Positions 41,873 through 51,640 of a DNA stretch of 64,000 nucleotides are shown piece by piece. This DNA is from Candidatus Woesearchaeota archaeon (GTDB taxonomy: Archaea; Nanobdellota; Nanobdellia; Woesearchaeales; JABGXB01): positions 192,098 to 256,097 of the forward strand of contig JABGXB010000002.1 of assembly GCA_018675975.1 (NCBI GenBank), given 5' to 3'. Numbering within the stretch: the stretch's first letter is position 1; each line of letters opens with the position of its first letter. Position numbers and translations under genes: made by a program. The notes under the pieces were generated by a model. It was not told the DNA's origin and made no database searches. It saw only the letters and a program-made list of their open reading frames with translations.

Positions 41873-43039
41873 ATGAATCAAAAAATAAAAATAACAAAAT
41901 TAGCATATTTAATTTTTGTATTTATTATTGTGAATACAATCATAATTAGTGCTGCGAATGTTATTGTAAAAAATGGAGAAATTACAGCAAATGATTTAGT
42001 AATTGATACAAGTACTGTATCAGTAGATCCAACAAATAATAGAGTTGGAATAGGAACGACCTCAGCTCAAACAACATTAGAAGTAGCAGATACTAGTTGG
42101 AGTAGTGGCGCACCTTATGGAAATATTTTACAAATTGCAGGTAAAGAAACATTTTTTAATGACAATTGGGGACATTTACTAATTACAGATTCAAATTCAA
42201 GTACCGGTAATGGTGGTATGATTAGTTTTGGTATCGGAAGAACAATAGGGGTTGATGTTGCACCATTTGCAACAATAAAATCATCGTATGATGGATCAAA
42301 TAATGGTTCATTAATTTTTATGACTAGAGGTGCAGGTGTAAATGTAACTGAAAGAATGAGAATTAATAGTGCCGGAGAAATAGGTATCGGCCTTACAGCA
42401 GCTACAAGTAATGCATTAGAAATTGGTGGAAATGGACAGGGTGGTGCAATAGGTGGCGGTTATGCCACAGTAATTAGAGGTTTAACTGCAATAGACGTTA
42501 ATTCAGGTTCAACAGCATTAACTGTTGAACAAGCAAATGTGGGAAATATTGCAACATTTAATGATGCAGGAACCCCTAAAGTAGTAATTTTAGATGGTGG
42601 TAATGTTGGAATTAATACAAGTGCACCAAGTGAATTTTTAGAAATAAATGGAAGATTAAAAGTTAATTTACTTGCAGCTGCAACTGCAAATACACTATGT
42701 TATAATAATACAGGAGTATTAAGTTCATGTACTTCATCCATAAAATATAAAGAAGATGTTCAAAATTTAACTAATGGATTAAATCATTTAAATCAAATGA
42801 GATCTGTTAATTATAAATGGAAAGGAAGAGACGAAAGAGATATTGGTTTTATTGCAGAAGAAATGAATGAAATTGATCCAATTTATGTAACACTAGATAA
42901 AAATGGAGATGTACAAGGTGTTAAATATAATTTATTAACTGCAGTACTCGCAAAAGCAATTCAAGAACAACAAAAACAAATAAATCAATTAAAAGAAATT
43001 GTTTGTTTAGATCACCCAGAACAAGAAATATGTAATTAA
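41873..43039 (+). CDS. Tail-fibre-like surface protein with C-terminal intramolecular chaperone auto-processing domain (Peptidase S74-like)
   Basis: N-terminal signal or anchor; fibre-type repeats (NRVGIGTTSAQTTLEV, GNVGINTSAPSEFLEINGRLKV); C-terminal SSIKYKEDVQNL...DIGFIAEEMNEIDPIYV...GVKYNLLTAVLAKAIQEQQKQINQLKE with a Ser-Lys dyad typical of endosialidase/tail-spike chaperone domains. Confidence 0.6.
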   Translation: MNQKIKITKLAYLIFVFIIVNTIIISAANVIVKNGEITANDLVIDTSTVSVDPTNNRVGIGTTSAQTTLEVADTSWSSGAPYGNILQIAGKETFFNDNWGHLLITDSNSSTGNGGMISFGIGRTIGVDVAPFATIKSSYDGSNNGSLIFMTRGAGVNVTERMRINSAGEIGIGLTAATSNALEIGGNGQGGAIGGGYATVIRGLTAIDVNSGSTALTVEQANVGNIATFNDAGTPKVVILDGGNVGINTSAPSEFLEINGRLKVNLLAAATANTLCYNNTGVLSSCTSSIKYKEDVQNLTNGLNHLNQMRSVNYKWKGRDERDIGFIAEEMNEIDPIYVTLDKNGDVQGVKYNLLTAVLAKAIQEQQKQINQLKEIVCLDHPEQEICN

Positions 43040-43047
43040 AAAAAACA

Positions 43048-43746
43048 ATGAACTATAAAAAAATATTAGGATTTAGTATTTTAATTATATTATTTTTAAC
43101 TCCAAGTATAAATTCATTATTAGTTGGAGGAACAAGTGAAGGATATTATAATGGAATACTTGATGATTTAACCATATTTAATAGAGAATTATTTCCAGAT
43201 CAAATAACTTATTTTTTTAATAATCAAACAAATATATTAGCAAATGATCAAACATTAACAGGACAAAGTTGGAGTGCATGTGCAACACCAAATGATGGTT
43301 TTGTTGATGGTAATCAAAATTGTACAATAAGTATGACAATCCTTGGAATTACAACAGTACTTCAAATGGGAATCGCTAATGCAGATGTAACTTTTGTTGT
43401 AACACATACACAAAATACCAATTCCTCTCCTATGGTTTTATCTAATCAAGGGACAGCAGATATAGATGTAACATTATGTGCCAATGCGCCTCTTTTCCCG
43501 ACCATTGGCCTTAATACATCTAATTTTCAAGCAAATGTAATAACACCGGCAGGAGTTACAGTAAATTCAATTAATGCCAACCATAATTTATTAAATTGTA
43601 CAACACCAGTTCAAATCATTAATAATTTGAGTGCAGGAGTAGGACAATTAATTAATGTTACATTTTATGTATTTGGAAATAAAAGTGAATCTGCAGGAGT
43701 TTACAATACAAGTGTTTTATTCATGGCATCAGCTGCAGCAGGATAA
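43048..43746 (+). CDS. Secreted N-glycosylation-sequon-rich protein beginning with a LamG-closing-strand-like motif
   Basis: Signal peptide; GGTSEGYYNGILDDLTIFNRELFPDQI; at least nine N-x-S/T sites. Confidence 0.5.
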   Translation: MNYKKILGFSILIILFLTPSINSLLVGGTSEGYYNGILDDLTIFNRELFPDQITYFFNNQTNILANDQTLTGQSWSACATPNDGFVDGNQNCTISMTILGITTVLQMGIANADVTFVVTHTQNTNSSPMVLSNQGTADIDVTLCANAPLFPTIGLNTSNFQANVITPAGVTVNSINANHNLLNCTTPVQIINNLSAGVGQLINVTFYVFGNKSESAGVYNTSVLFMASAAAG

Positions 43747-44733
43747 TTATTTTAATTTATCTATAATTTTTTCTTTAAAAAATATACCATCACGATTAAA
43801 TGTAAAATGAAATATATCTGGCTCAATTTCATATTTTATAATTAAATTTTTTTCAAAATTATTTTTTAATAATCCATCACCTAAAAAATAAAATGTTCTC
43901 ATTTTAAAATATTGTTCTAAAAATAATATTTTTTTTTGAATTGATTTTTCACTAAATTGCATTTTTAAACTATTATAAAAATTAACAGCAGAATTAGCAA
44001 CAGCAACATCCATTAAAGGATCGAGTGTAAAAGGTAGTGTATAAAATCTTTTATTTATTATTTGAATTTTTTTATTTTTTAAAGAATGAAAATTTAATAG
44101 AGGATATTTTTTATATTCAAATAAAGATAATAATATTTTTCTCAATGAAGGAATGGATTTAAATAACATCATAAAATAACTTAAAAATAATAGTCTACGC
44201 CTAAATTTAATTAATTTTTTTTCTGTAGGAGTTAAAATAAAAATGTGATTGATCATTTTTTTTAATTTGAGTATAATATCTACATTATTATTTTTCCTGG
44301 CATTAATTAATATATTATATAAAGAATTTATTATTAAATTGGAACCAAAACAATTTGATATAATATGAAAATTATTAATATTTTGATCTTTTAAAATTAA
44401 CATTAACTTATTCCAAAAGTCTTTTGAATAATTTTTTTGATTATTTGAATTTTTATTAAAACTCATTCCAAAGCCCGGCAAATCTAAATAAATTATATTA
44501 TAATCTTTTCTGAATTCGTCTAAAAAATGTGGAGAATCACTTATATTTCCACCTATGCCATTAAATTTAATAAATAATTTTTTTTTTTTGTTATTAATAG
44601 GCCCATTATAAAAAATAGTTGATTTATTGGAAAAAACAAACATAATATATTCAGTTTTATATTTAACTTTTTCAAATTCCCAATATTGACCAAGTTTATA
44701 TAATTTATAAAATATTTTTTTTACAATTCTCAT
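43747..44733 (-). CDS. Alpha/beta-hydrolase-fold-like protein (putative, Cys in the nucleophile-elbow position)
   Basis: FIKFNGIGGN, YLDLPGFGMS and HIISNCFGS resemble HGxGG / DLPGxGxS / GxSxG regions; weak. Confidence 0.4.
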   Translation of the reverse strand: MRIVKKIFYKLYKLGQYWEFEKVKYKTEYIMFVFSNKSTIFYNGPINNKKKKLFIKFNGIGGNISDSPHFLDEFRKDYNIIYLDLPGFGMSFNKNSNNQKNYSKDFWNKLMLILKDQNINNFHIISNCFGSNLIINSLYNILINARKNNNVDIILKLKKMINHIFILTPTEKKLIKFRRRLLFLSYFMMLFKSIPSLRKILLSLFEYKKYPLLNFHSLKNKKIQIINKRFYTLPFTLDPLMDVAVANSAVNFYNSLKMQFSEKSIQKKILFLEQYFKMRTFYFLGDGLLKNNFEKNLIIKYEIEPDIFHFTFNRDGIFFKEKIIDKLK

Positions 44734-45827
44734 TTTTTATTTTTTTTAATAATATCAGTTATTATTTTATTAATTAAAATTAAACTCGTTTGAACTTCAT
44801 AAGTATTATTTGCTTTTAATTTTTTTTCATAGAATTCAATTTTATTTAAAAATAAATTAAATTGTTTTTTATTTATAGATTTAGAAAAAAAACCAAGATT
44901 ATTTTTATTTAAATAATAAGAATTTAATAATTGTTCATATTGATTTTTTACAGGCACAGACATTATTGCCTTATTTAAAAAAATAGCTTCACTAATTAAA
45001 CTAAATCCACCATTTGTAATAATAGCCTTACTAGTAGCTAAATCATTAAAAAATTCAGTTTCATTAAATGATTTAAATTTGATTTTTTTATCTTCAAAAA
45101 TATTTAAACGCTTAATATTTCTTCTATCATTTTTATCCATACCATACACTATAAAATTATGATCTAATAATTTTAATTTTTTAATTAAATTTGGATAAGT
45201 ATTTGACGTTTGATAAACTAAAATATGATTTTTTTTAATTATTTGTCTGTTTTTTAATTTTTTTTTTAATTCAATTAATTTATCTCTAACAATTGGATTA
45301 ATTAATATTGTTTTTTTATTATGTTTTATATCACAAAAAGATAAGATAACATTTAATTCATTATTTGAAACAAAAAATTTTGTATAAATATTTAATTTAA
45401 ACCATTCATAAAAATTTAATTTTTTAATTTTGGCTTTTACACCAAAATGATTATTATCAATAGTAATAAAATTGATTCCTAAAAAGGTTTTAATTAATTT
45501 AGGCCAAATGGAAAAATCTGAAATAATTAAATCTGGCTTTTCTTTTTTAATATAATATTTTAATTTTTTAAATATTTTAAAAATAGAATATAATTTTTTT
45601 AAATTATATAGAATTGTTTTTTTTAAGTTAATTTTATCCTTGATATAAATTAATTCAAAATCTATAACTTTTTTTGCATTAGAAAAATGAGTTTTTAGAA
45701 TTTTAAATGATCTATTTGAACTAAATGGAATTATATTATGATGTTTTTTTAAATAATTAATTATAGGAATTGATCTAGTTGCATGACCCAATCCTTCACC
45801 TGTTACAAAATAAAATATTTTTGCCAT
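44730..45827 (-). CDS. GT-B glycosyltransferase (MJ1255-like / GT1-GT28-like)
   Basis: N-terminal FYFVTGEGLGHATRSIPI and C-terminal NGGFSLISEAIFLNKAIMSVP...EQLLN donor-binding region; 4-nt overlap with the upstream gene. Confidence 0.7.
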   Translation of the reverse strand: MAKIFYFVTGEGLGHATRSIPIINYLKKHHNIIPFSSNRSFKILKTHFSNAKKVIDFELIYIKDKINLKKTILYNLKKLYSIFKIFKKLKYYIKKEKPDLIISDFSIWPKLIKTFLGINFITIDNNHFGVKAKIKKLNFYEWFKLNIYTKFFVSNNELNVILSFCDIKHNKKTILINPIVRDKLIELKKKLKNRQIIKKNHILVYQTSNTYPNLIKKLKLLDHNFIVYGMDKNDRRNIKRLNIFEDKKIKFKSFNETEFFNDLATSKAIITNGGFSLISEAIFLNKAIMSVPVKNQYEQLLNSYYLNKNNLGFFSKSINKKQFNLFLNKIEFYEKKLKANNTYEVQTSLILINKIITDIIKKNKK

Positions 45828-45988
45828 AATTAAAACATCAAAATTCTTAATATAAACATATATATTCTTTGATTATTATAATTAAACAAATAATTAACAA
45901 TTTACCCCGATAAACATAAGATTTATATATAAATCAGAATCTTTCTGTTAATAAGGGTTCTTCTATACAGAACATATTAAGGTGTTAA

Positions 45989-48829
45989 ATGAATATTGAG
46001 TCTCAAGAAAAAAAACTGGTTGAATTTTGGCAAAAAAATAAAATTTTTGAAAAATCTGTAGAGCAGAGGCCAAAAGATAAACAATATATTTTTTATGATG
46101 GGCCACCTTTTGCAACTGGTTTACCTCATTACGGACACATTTTAGGACTTACAGGAAAAGATTTATTTCCAAGATTCTGGACTATGAAAGGACATAGGGT
46201 TGAAAGAAGATGGGGTTGGGACTGCCATGGTCTGCCAATTGAAAATATAGCTGAAAAAGAATTAAAAATTAAAAAGAAAAATGAAATTGAAGAAATGGGA
46301 GTTGCAAAATTTAATGAATTTTGTAAATCAAAAGTATTATTCTTTGCTAATGAATGGAAAAAAACAGTTGACAGAATGGGAAAATGGATTGAATTTGATA
46401 ATTCATATAAAACCATGGATAATAGTTATTTAGAAACTATTTGGTATATTTTTAAAAAATTGTTTGACACAGATTATATTTATGAAGGAAAAAAAGTATT
46501 ATTATATTGTCCTAGATGTGAAACTCCATTATCAAATTCAGAAATTGCAATGGATCAGAGTTACAAAGATGTTACTGAAAAATCCGCAATTGCAAAATTT
46601 AAATTAAAAGATGAAGAAAATACTTTTATTTTGGCTTGGACAACTACACCATGGACTTTAATTGGTAATGTTGCTCTAGCAGTTAATGAAAAATTAAATT
46701 ATGTTAAAATAAAACTAAATGATGAATTTTTAATTTTAGCTAAAGATAGATTAGTTGATATAAAAGATAAATATGAAATTGTTGACACATTTAAAGGAAA
46801 AAAATTATTAAAAAAAGAATATGAACCATTATATCATATTGAATCAGATAAAAAAGGACATTATATTATTAATGGTGGAAAGGATGTTGTTGCTGAAGAA
46901 GGTACTGGTGTTGTACATATGGCAATTTATGGTGAATTTGATTATGAGATGATTAAAAAATTTGATTTGCCAATAATACAACATGTAAGTACTCAAGGTA
47001 AATTAGTTCACGGTCCAAAAGAATGGATAAATTTGTGGTTTAAAAAAGCAGATAAGAATGTAATTGAAGATTTAGAAGATAGAAAATTATTATTTACATC
47101 AAAAGATTATACACACCCTTATCCATTTTGTTATAGATGTGAAACTCCATTATTTTATAATGCAGTAGATTCCTGGTTTGTAAATATTCAAAAAATTAAA
47201 TCTAGATTAATTGAAAAAAATGAAGAAATTAATTGGTATCCGAATCACTTAAAACATGGTAGATTTAAATATATTTTAGAAACTGCACCTGATTGGAGCA
47301 TATCTAGAAATAGATTTTGGGCAACTGCAATTCCTGTATGGAAATGTGATTCATGTAATAATATTGAAGTAGTTGGAAGTATTAAAGAATTACAAGAAAA
47401 AGCTATTGAAGCTGTAAGTGATGATGTTGATTTACATAAACACGTAGTTGATAATATTCATTTAAAATGTAAATGTAAAAGTCAGATGACAAGAATTTCA
47501 GAAGTATTTGATTGTTGGTTTGAATCAGGTAGCATGCCATATGCTGCAAAACATTATCCTTTTGAAAATAAAGAATGGTTTAAAGATAATTTTCCAGCAG
47601 ATTTTATTTCAGAATATGTAGCGCAAGTTCGTGCATGGTTTTATTATATGCATGTAATTTCAGTAATGTTATTTGATAAAGCACCATTTAGAAATGTTGC
47701 CGTTAGTGGAAATGTATTAGCTTCTGATGGAACTAAAATGTCAAAATCCAAAAAGAATTTTCCAGATCCAAATTTAATTTTTGAAAAATATGGTGCAGAT
47801 GCATTAAGATATTATTTAATGGCGTCTCCATTAATGAGAGCACAAGATTTAAATTTTCAAGAAGATGGAGTTCGTGAAATATATAGAAAAGTAATTGTAT
47901 TATTAAATAATGTAAATTCATTTTATAATTTATTTAAAGACGATAATGCAGAATTAAATAAACCTTCACAAAAAAATATATTAGATAAATGGATTGTTAG
48001 TAAAACTCATTTATTAATTAGAAATGTAACAAATGCATTAGATGATTATGATACTATTATACCATGCTCACAATTAGTTGAATTTATTGATGATTTATCA
48101 ACATGGTATGTAAGACGAAGTCGAGACAGATTTAAAAGTCAAAATAAAAGTGAAAAAGAAGATGCAGTAAAAACTTTAGCTTTTGTATTAGACAAACTTG
48201 CAAAATTATTGGCACCAATTACGCCGTTTATTAGTGAAACTATATATCAATCATTAAAAGAAAATAATGATAAATTATTAGAATCAGTTCATTTAGAAAA
48301 ATGGCCAGATTATGATAATGAAATAATTGATCAAACAATAATTGAAAATATGAAAAAAACAAGAGAAATAGTAAGTAAATCATTAGATAAAAGAGTAAAT
48401 GTAAAAATACCAATTAGACAGGCATTAAATAAATTGACAATTCATGGACCAGAATTAAGTGAAGAATATTTAGAATTAATTAAAGATGAATTAAATGTTA
48501 AAAAAGTTGAAATTAAAAAATCAGAAGAATTAAGTATTGATTTAGATACTAAAATAACTCATAAATTATTATTAGAAGGAATTTCAAGAGACATAATTAG
48601 AAAGATTAATGGTTATAGAAAAGAATTAAAATTAACTATTAAAGACAGAATTGAATTATTTATAGAAAGTGATAATAAAGAAATTAATGAAAGTTTAAAA
48701 ACATTTGAAAATGAGATTTCAGTTTCTGTTCAAGCAGATAAAATTGAAAAGAAAATTTATGGAATTGATTCAAAAGAAATTAATGTAAATGAATCCACAA
48801 TAAAATTAGCAATTAAAATTATTAATTAA
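45989..48829 (+). CDS. ileS: Isoleucyl-tRNA synthetase (archaeal/eukaryotic type)
   Basis: PPFATGLPHYGHIL (HIGH region), WSISRNRFWATAIP, KMSKSKKN; 946 aa. Confidence 0.9.
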   Translation: MNIESQEKKLVEFWQKNKIFEKSVEQRPKDKQYIFYDGPPFATGLPHYGHILGLTGKDLFPRFWTMKGHRVERRWGWDCHGLPIENIAEKELKIKKKNEIEEMGVAKFNEFCKSKVLFFANEWKKTVDRMGKWIEFDNSYKTMDNSYLETIWYIFKKLFDTDYIYEGKKVLLYCPRCETPLSNSEIAMDQSYKDVTEKSAIAKFKLKDEENTFILAWTTTPWTLIGNVALAVNEKLNYVKIKLNDEFLILAKDRLVDIKDKYEIVDTFKGKKLLKKEYEPLYHIESDKKGHYIINGGKDVVAEEGTGVVHMAIYGEFDYEMIKKFDLPIIQHVSTQGKLVHGPKEWINLWFKKADKNVIEDLEDRKLLFTSKDYTHPYPFCYRCETPLFYNAVDSWFVNIQKIKSRLIEKNEEINWYPNHLKHGRFKYILETAPDWSISRNRFWATAIPVWKCDSCNNIEVVGSIKELQEKAIEAVSDDVDLHKHVVDNIHLKCKCKSQMTRISEVFDCWFESGSMPYAAKHYPFENKEWFKDNFPADFISEYVAQVRAWFYYMHVISVMLFDKAPFRNVAVSGNVLASDGTKMSKSKKNFPDPNLIFEKYGADALRYYLMASPLMRAQDLNFQEDGVREIYRKVIVLLNNVNSFYNLFKDDNAELNKPSQKNILDKWIVSKTHLLIRNVTNALDDYDTIIPCSQLVEFIDDLSTWYVRRSRDRFKSQNKSEKEDAVKTLAFVLDKLAKLLAPITPFISETIYQSLKENNDKLLESVHLEKWPDYDNEIIDQTIIENMKKTREIVSKSLDKRVNVKIPIRQALNKLTIHGPELSEEYLELIKDELNVKKVEIKKSEELSIDLDTKITHKLLLEGISRDIIRKINGYRKELKLTIKDRIELFIESDNKEINESLKTFENEISVSVQADKIEKKIYGIDSKEINVNESTIKLAIKIIN

Positions 48830-49077
48830 TTTTTTTAATTTATTTATTTCTAAAAGCGTTTAAAAAAATATTTAAAAAAGGATTTGGTTTAGTATGATCT
48901 TTTTCTTCAATATACTCAGCTAAATCATAAGACATCACTTCTTTTGCCCTATTAATCATATGATTAAATTTTAATACTTCTGAAATAATAAATAAAAATA
49001 ATTTTATAAAATCACTAAAAGGTAATATCACAATAAATGACAATAATACTTTTAATTGAATAAAAAACATTTTATTT

Positions 49078-49719
49078 ATGAAACTAAAACAAATTATATT
49101 TGAAGGCCCAGAAGCGTGTGGAAAAAGTACACAACTTCAATTATTGTCCGAGTATTTAGATTCATCAAAGATTAAATATAGTATTACAAAAGAACCAGGT
49201 AGTGGAGGAATATTAGCAGCAAAAATAAGAAATATGTTGTTAGATCCTGAAACTGGAAAAATTACTGAAGATGCAGAATTACTTTTAATAAATGCCGCAA
49301 GGGCAGAATTATATAAGATGCACAGAAGCGAAGAATATAGATACCATTTACAATTAAAAGACAGAAGCTTTGCTTCCACTAGGGCATATCAAGGTTTTGG
49401 AAGAGAAATGGATTTAGATTATATTCAAACGATAACAGATCACATAGTTGGCGATGATTTACCAAAAATACTTTTTTTATTTGATATTGATCCTATTACT
49501 GGTTTAAAAAGAGCTGGAGCAAGAGGAAAATTGGACAGATTTGAATCAGAAAAATTAGAATTTCATAAAAGAGTTAGACGGGGTTATTTATCTTTAACAG
49601 AACATGAAAAGTATAAATCCATAACTCATTTAATTGATGCAACCCGCGATATTAATGACATACATAAAGAAATATGTCAAAAAGTAAAACAAACATTTCC
49701 TGAATACAATTATAAATAA
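49078..49719 (+). CDS. tmk: Thymidylate kinase
   Basis: P-loop FEGPEACGKSTQ, DRSFASTRAYQG and LID-region Arg residues. Confidence 0.85.
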   Translation: MKLKQIIFEGPEACGKSTQLQLLSEYLDSSKIKYSITKEPGSGGILAAKIRNMLLDPETGKITEDAELLLINAARAELYKMHRSEEYRYHLQLKDRSFASTRAYQGFGREMDLDYIQTITDHIVGDDLPKILFLFDIDPITGLKRAGARGKLDRFESEKLEFHKRVRRGYLSLTEHEKYKSITHLIDATRDINDIHKEICQKVKQTFPEYNYK

Positions 49720-49757
49720 TTTTAATTAATAATATTTTATATTATTAATTGAGAATA

Positions 49758-49774
49758 AAGCAAAACTTATAATT
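49758..49774. repeat. Copy 1 of the 17-bp direct repeat AAGCAAAACTTATAATT (BRE/TATA-like)
   Basis: Exact 17-nt match with 50668-50684. Confidence 0.7.
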
Positions 49775-49838
49775 TCTTTTAAGTAGACTAGACAACTTTG
49801 CCCAACTTATATAAATAATAAATAGTTAGTAAAATAGA

Positions 49839-50669
49839 ATGAAAGAAAAAAATAAAATTATTGTATTTCAAGATAAAAATATTAGAAAAATGTGGCATAA
49901 TGACGAATGGTACTTTTCTGTTGTAGATATTATTTCCGTCTTAACTGACAGCCCCACTCCAAGACAATATTGGGGTAAAATCAAAGATAGAGAATTTAAA
50001 GCTTTTGAGTTGTCCCCAATTTGGGTACAACTGAAATTAATATCTCAAGATAGTAAATCTTACTCAACTGATTGTATAAATACAAAAAATGCATTTAGAC
50101 TCATTCAGTCCGTTCCCTCAAAAAAAGCCGAACCCTTTAAACAATGGTTGGCACAAGTAGGACATGAAAGAATAGAAGAAATTGAAAATCCTGAACTAGG
50201 ACAAAATAGAGTAAAAGAATATTATAAACTCAAAGGTTATCCAAAAGAATGGATTGATAAAAGACTGAGAGGAATTTCAATTAGACAAGAATTAACAGAT
50301 GAATGGAAAAATAAAAACATCAAAACACAAAATGAGTTTGCAATTTTAACTAATGAAATATCAAAAGCAAGTTTTGGAAAAACAATTAGTGAATATAAAA
50401 AATTTAAAAATATTAAAAATAACAAACAAAATTTAAGAGATCACATGACAGATTGGGAATTAATTTTAAATATGATAGGAGAAAAAGCAACTACAGATAT
50501 TACAAAATAAATTGATTCTCAAGGATTGGAAGAATGTAAAGACTCAGCCAATAAAGGTGGTAATATTGCAAAAAGAACAAGAAAGGATTTAGAAAAAAAC
50601 ATTGGAAAACAAATAGTTTCAAAAGAAAACTTTTTACCAAAACAAAAAAATAAAAAAAAGCTAAATTAA
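49839..50669 (+). pseudogene. DinD/RhuM-family (Bro-N domain) DNA-damage-inducible-like gene interrupted by an in-frame TAA at 50508-50510
   Basis: N-terminal Bro-N-like region (VFQDKNIRKMWHNDEWYFSVVDIISVL). The 52 codons after the in-frame stop encode ...GGNIAKRTRKDLEKNIGKQIVSKENFL, which matches the conserved family C-terminus as recalled from memory, so the first stop is not the native end. GC content is visibly above the local background. Confidence 0.5.
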
Positions 50670-50684
50670 GCAAAACTTATAATT
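50668..50684. repeat. Copy 2 of the 17-bp direct repeat; it also sits where a leaderless promoter for dtdA would be
   Basis: Exact match to 49758-49774; begins at the stop of the extended DinD-like frame and lies 22 bp upstream of the ATG at 50706. Confidence 0.7.
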
Positions 50685-50705
50685 ATTCTTTATATTAACA
50701 ATAAT

Positions 50706-51593
50706 ATGAATATATTATTATTTTTTGCAAAAGACAATATTGCAAGTAAAAATTTATTTAATTTAATTAATAATAAATATGAATTTAATTTAATTGAAAC
50801 TAAAAATAATTCGGAGTTATATAATGTTAAAGAATTAAATTGTCATGCAATTAATTTTGATTCGAATATGATTAATTGGGATCACATAAAAGATGAATTT
50901 AAATTAGATTATGATTTAATATTAGTTGCAAGTTCTCATAAAGCAGAGAGTGGTACAAAAAGTTTAACATTACATTTTACAGGAAATTTTAATGAAATAA
51001 TGGGTAGTGGAAATGCAAAGGAATTATCTTATGCTCCGGCGTTTATCTGTTCAAAAGGAATTCAAATATTAAATGAAAGAAATGATAAGAATTTTTTAAA
51101 TTTTGAAATCAGTTTAGAAACTACACACCATGGACCAACCTCATTAAATATACCACTTGTTTTTATTGAAGTTGGATCAAGTGAAAATGAATGGAATGAT
51201 ATTAATGCAATTAAAACATTATCTGAGGCAATCATTGACATTATAATTTATTTTTCTAATGAAAAAAATTACAAAGAAGAATTAAATAAAGATTCATATA
51301 TTGGTTTTGGTGGAGGACATTATGCACAAGAATTTTCAAAAATAGCACTTATGGGAATTAATTTTGGACATATCGCACCTAAACATTATATTGATTCGTT
51401 AGATAATAATATGTTAAATCAAATGATAAAAAAAACAATTCCAAAACCAAAAGGTATAATAATTGATTGGAAAAGTTTGAATACTCAGACAAGAGAAAAA
51501 ATAGTACCATTTTTTGAAAAAAATAATTATATAATATTAAAATCAGATAAATTAAAAAAAGAATTAAGAAATGAAATTATTATAAAAGAATAA
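50706..51593 (+). CDS. dtdA: D-aminoacyl-tRNA deacylase, archaeal type (DtdA/DTD2)
   Basis: Conserved SSHKAESG, TTHHGPT and GFGGGHYA segments recalled for the archaeal tRNA_deacylase family; about 295 aa. Confidence 0.6.
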   Translation: MNILLFFAKDNIASKNLFNLINNKYEFNLIETKNNSELYNVKELNCHAINFDSNMINWDHIKDEFKLDYDLILVASSHKAESGTKSLTLHFTGNFNEIMGSGNAKELSYAPAFICSKGIQILNERNDKNFLNFEISLETTHHGPTSLNIPLVFIEVGSSENEWNDINAIKTLSEAIIDIIIYFSNEKNYKEELNKDSYIGFGGGHYAQEFSKIALMGINFGHIAPKHYIDSLDNNMLNQMIKKTIPKPKGIIIDWKSLNTQTREKIVPFFEKNNYIILKSDKLKKELRNEIIIKE

Positions 51594-51640
51594 ATCTAAA
51601 TAATATAAATATTTAAATAAAAAAAGTATCAACAAAATCT

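Noticed and set aside
40220-43746. Prophage interpretation of the tail-fibre-like gene
   Set aside because: No integrase, capsid, portal, terminase or other structural genes on either side; the flanks are tRNA synthetases and glycosyltransferases
43048-43746. Treating 43048-43746 as the detached C-terminal part of the LamG protein (split gene)
   Set aside because: It has its own signal peptide and start context, and the two genes are separated by the tail-fibre-like gene. The LamG-closing motif is noted but split-gene status is not supportable
48840-49070. 76-aa ORF between ileS and tmk
   Set aside because: Hydrophobic and low-complexity, with no motif or translational signals noted; might be real but I cannot support it
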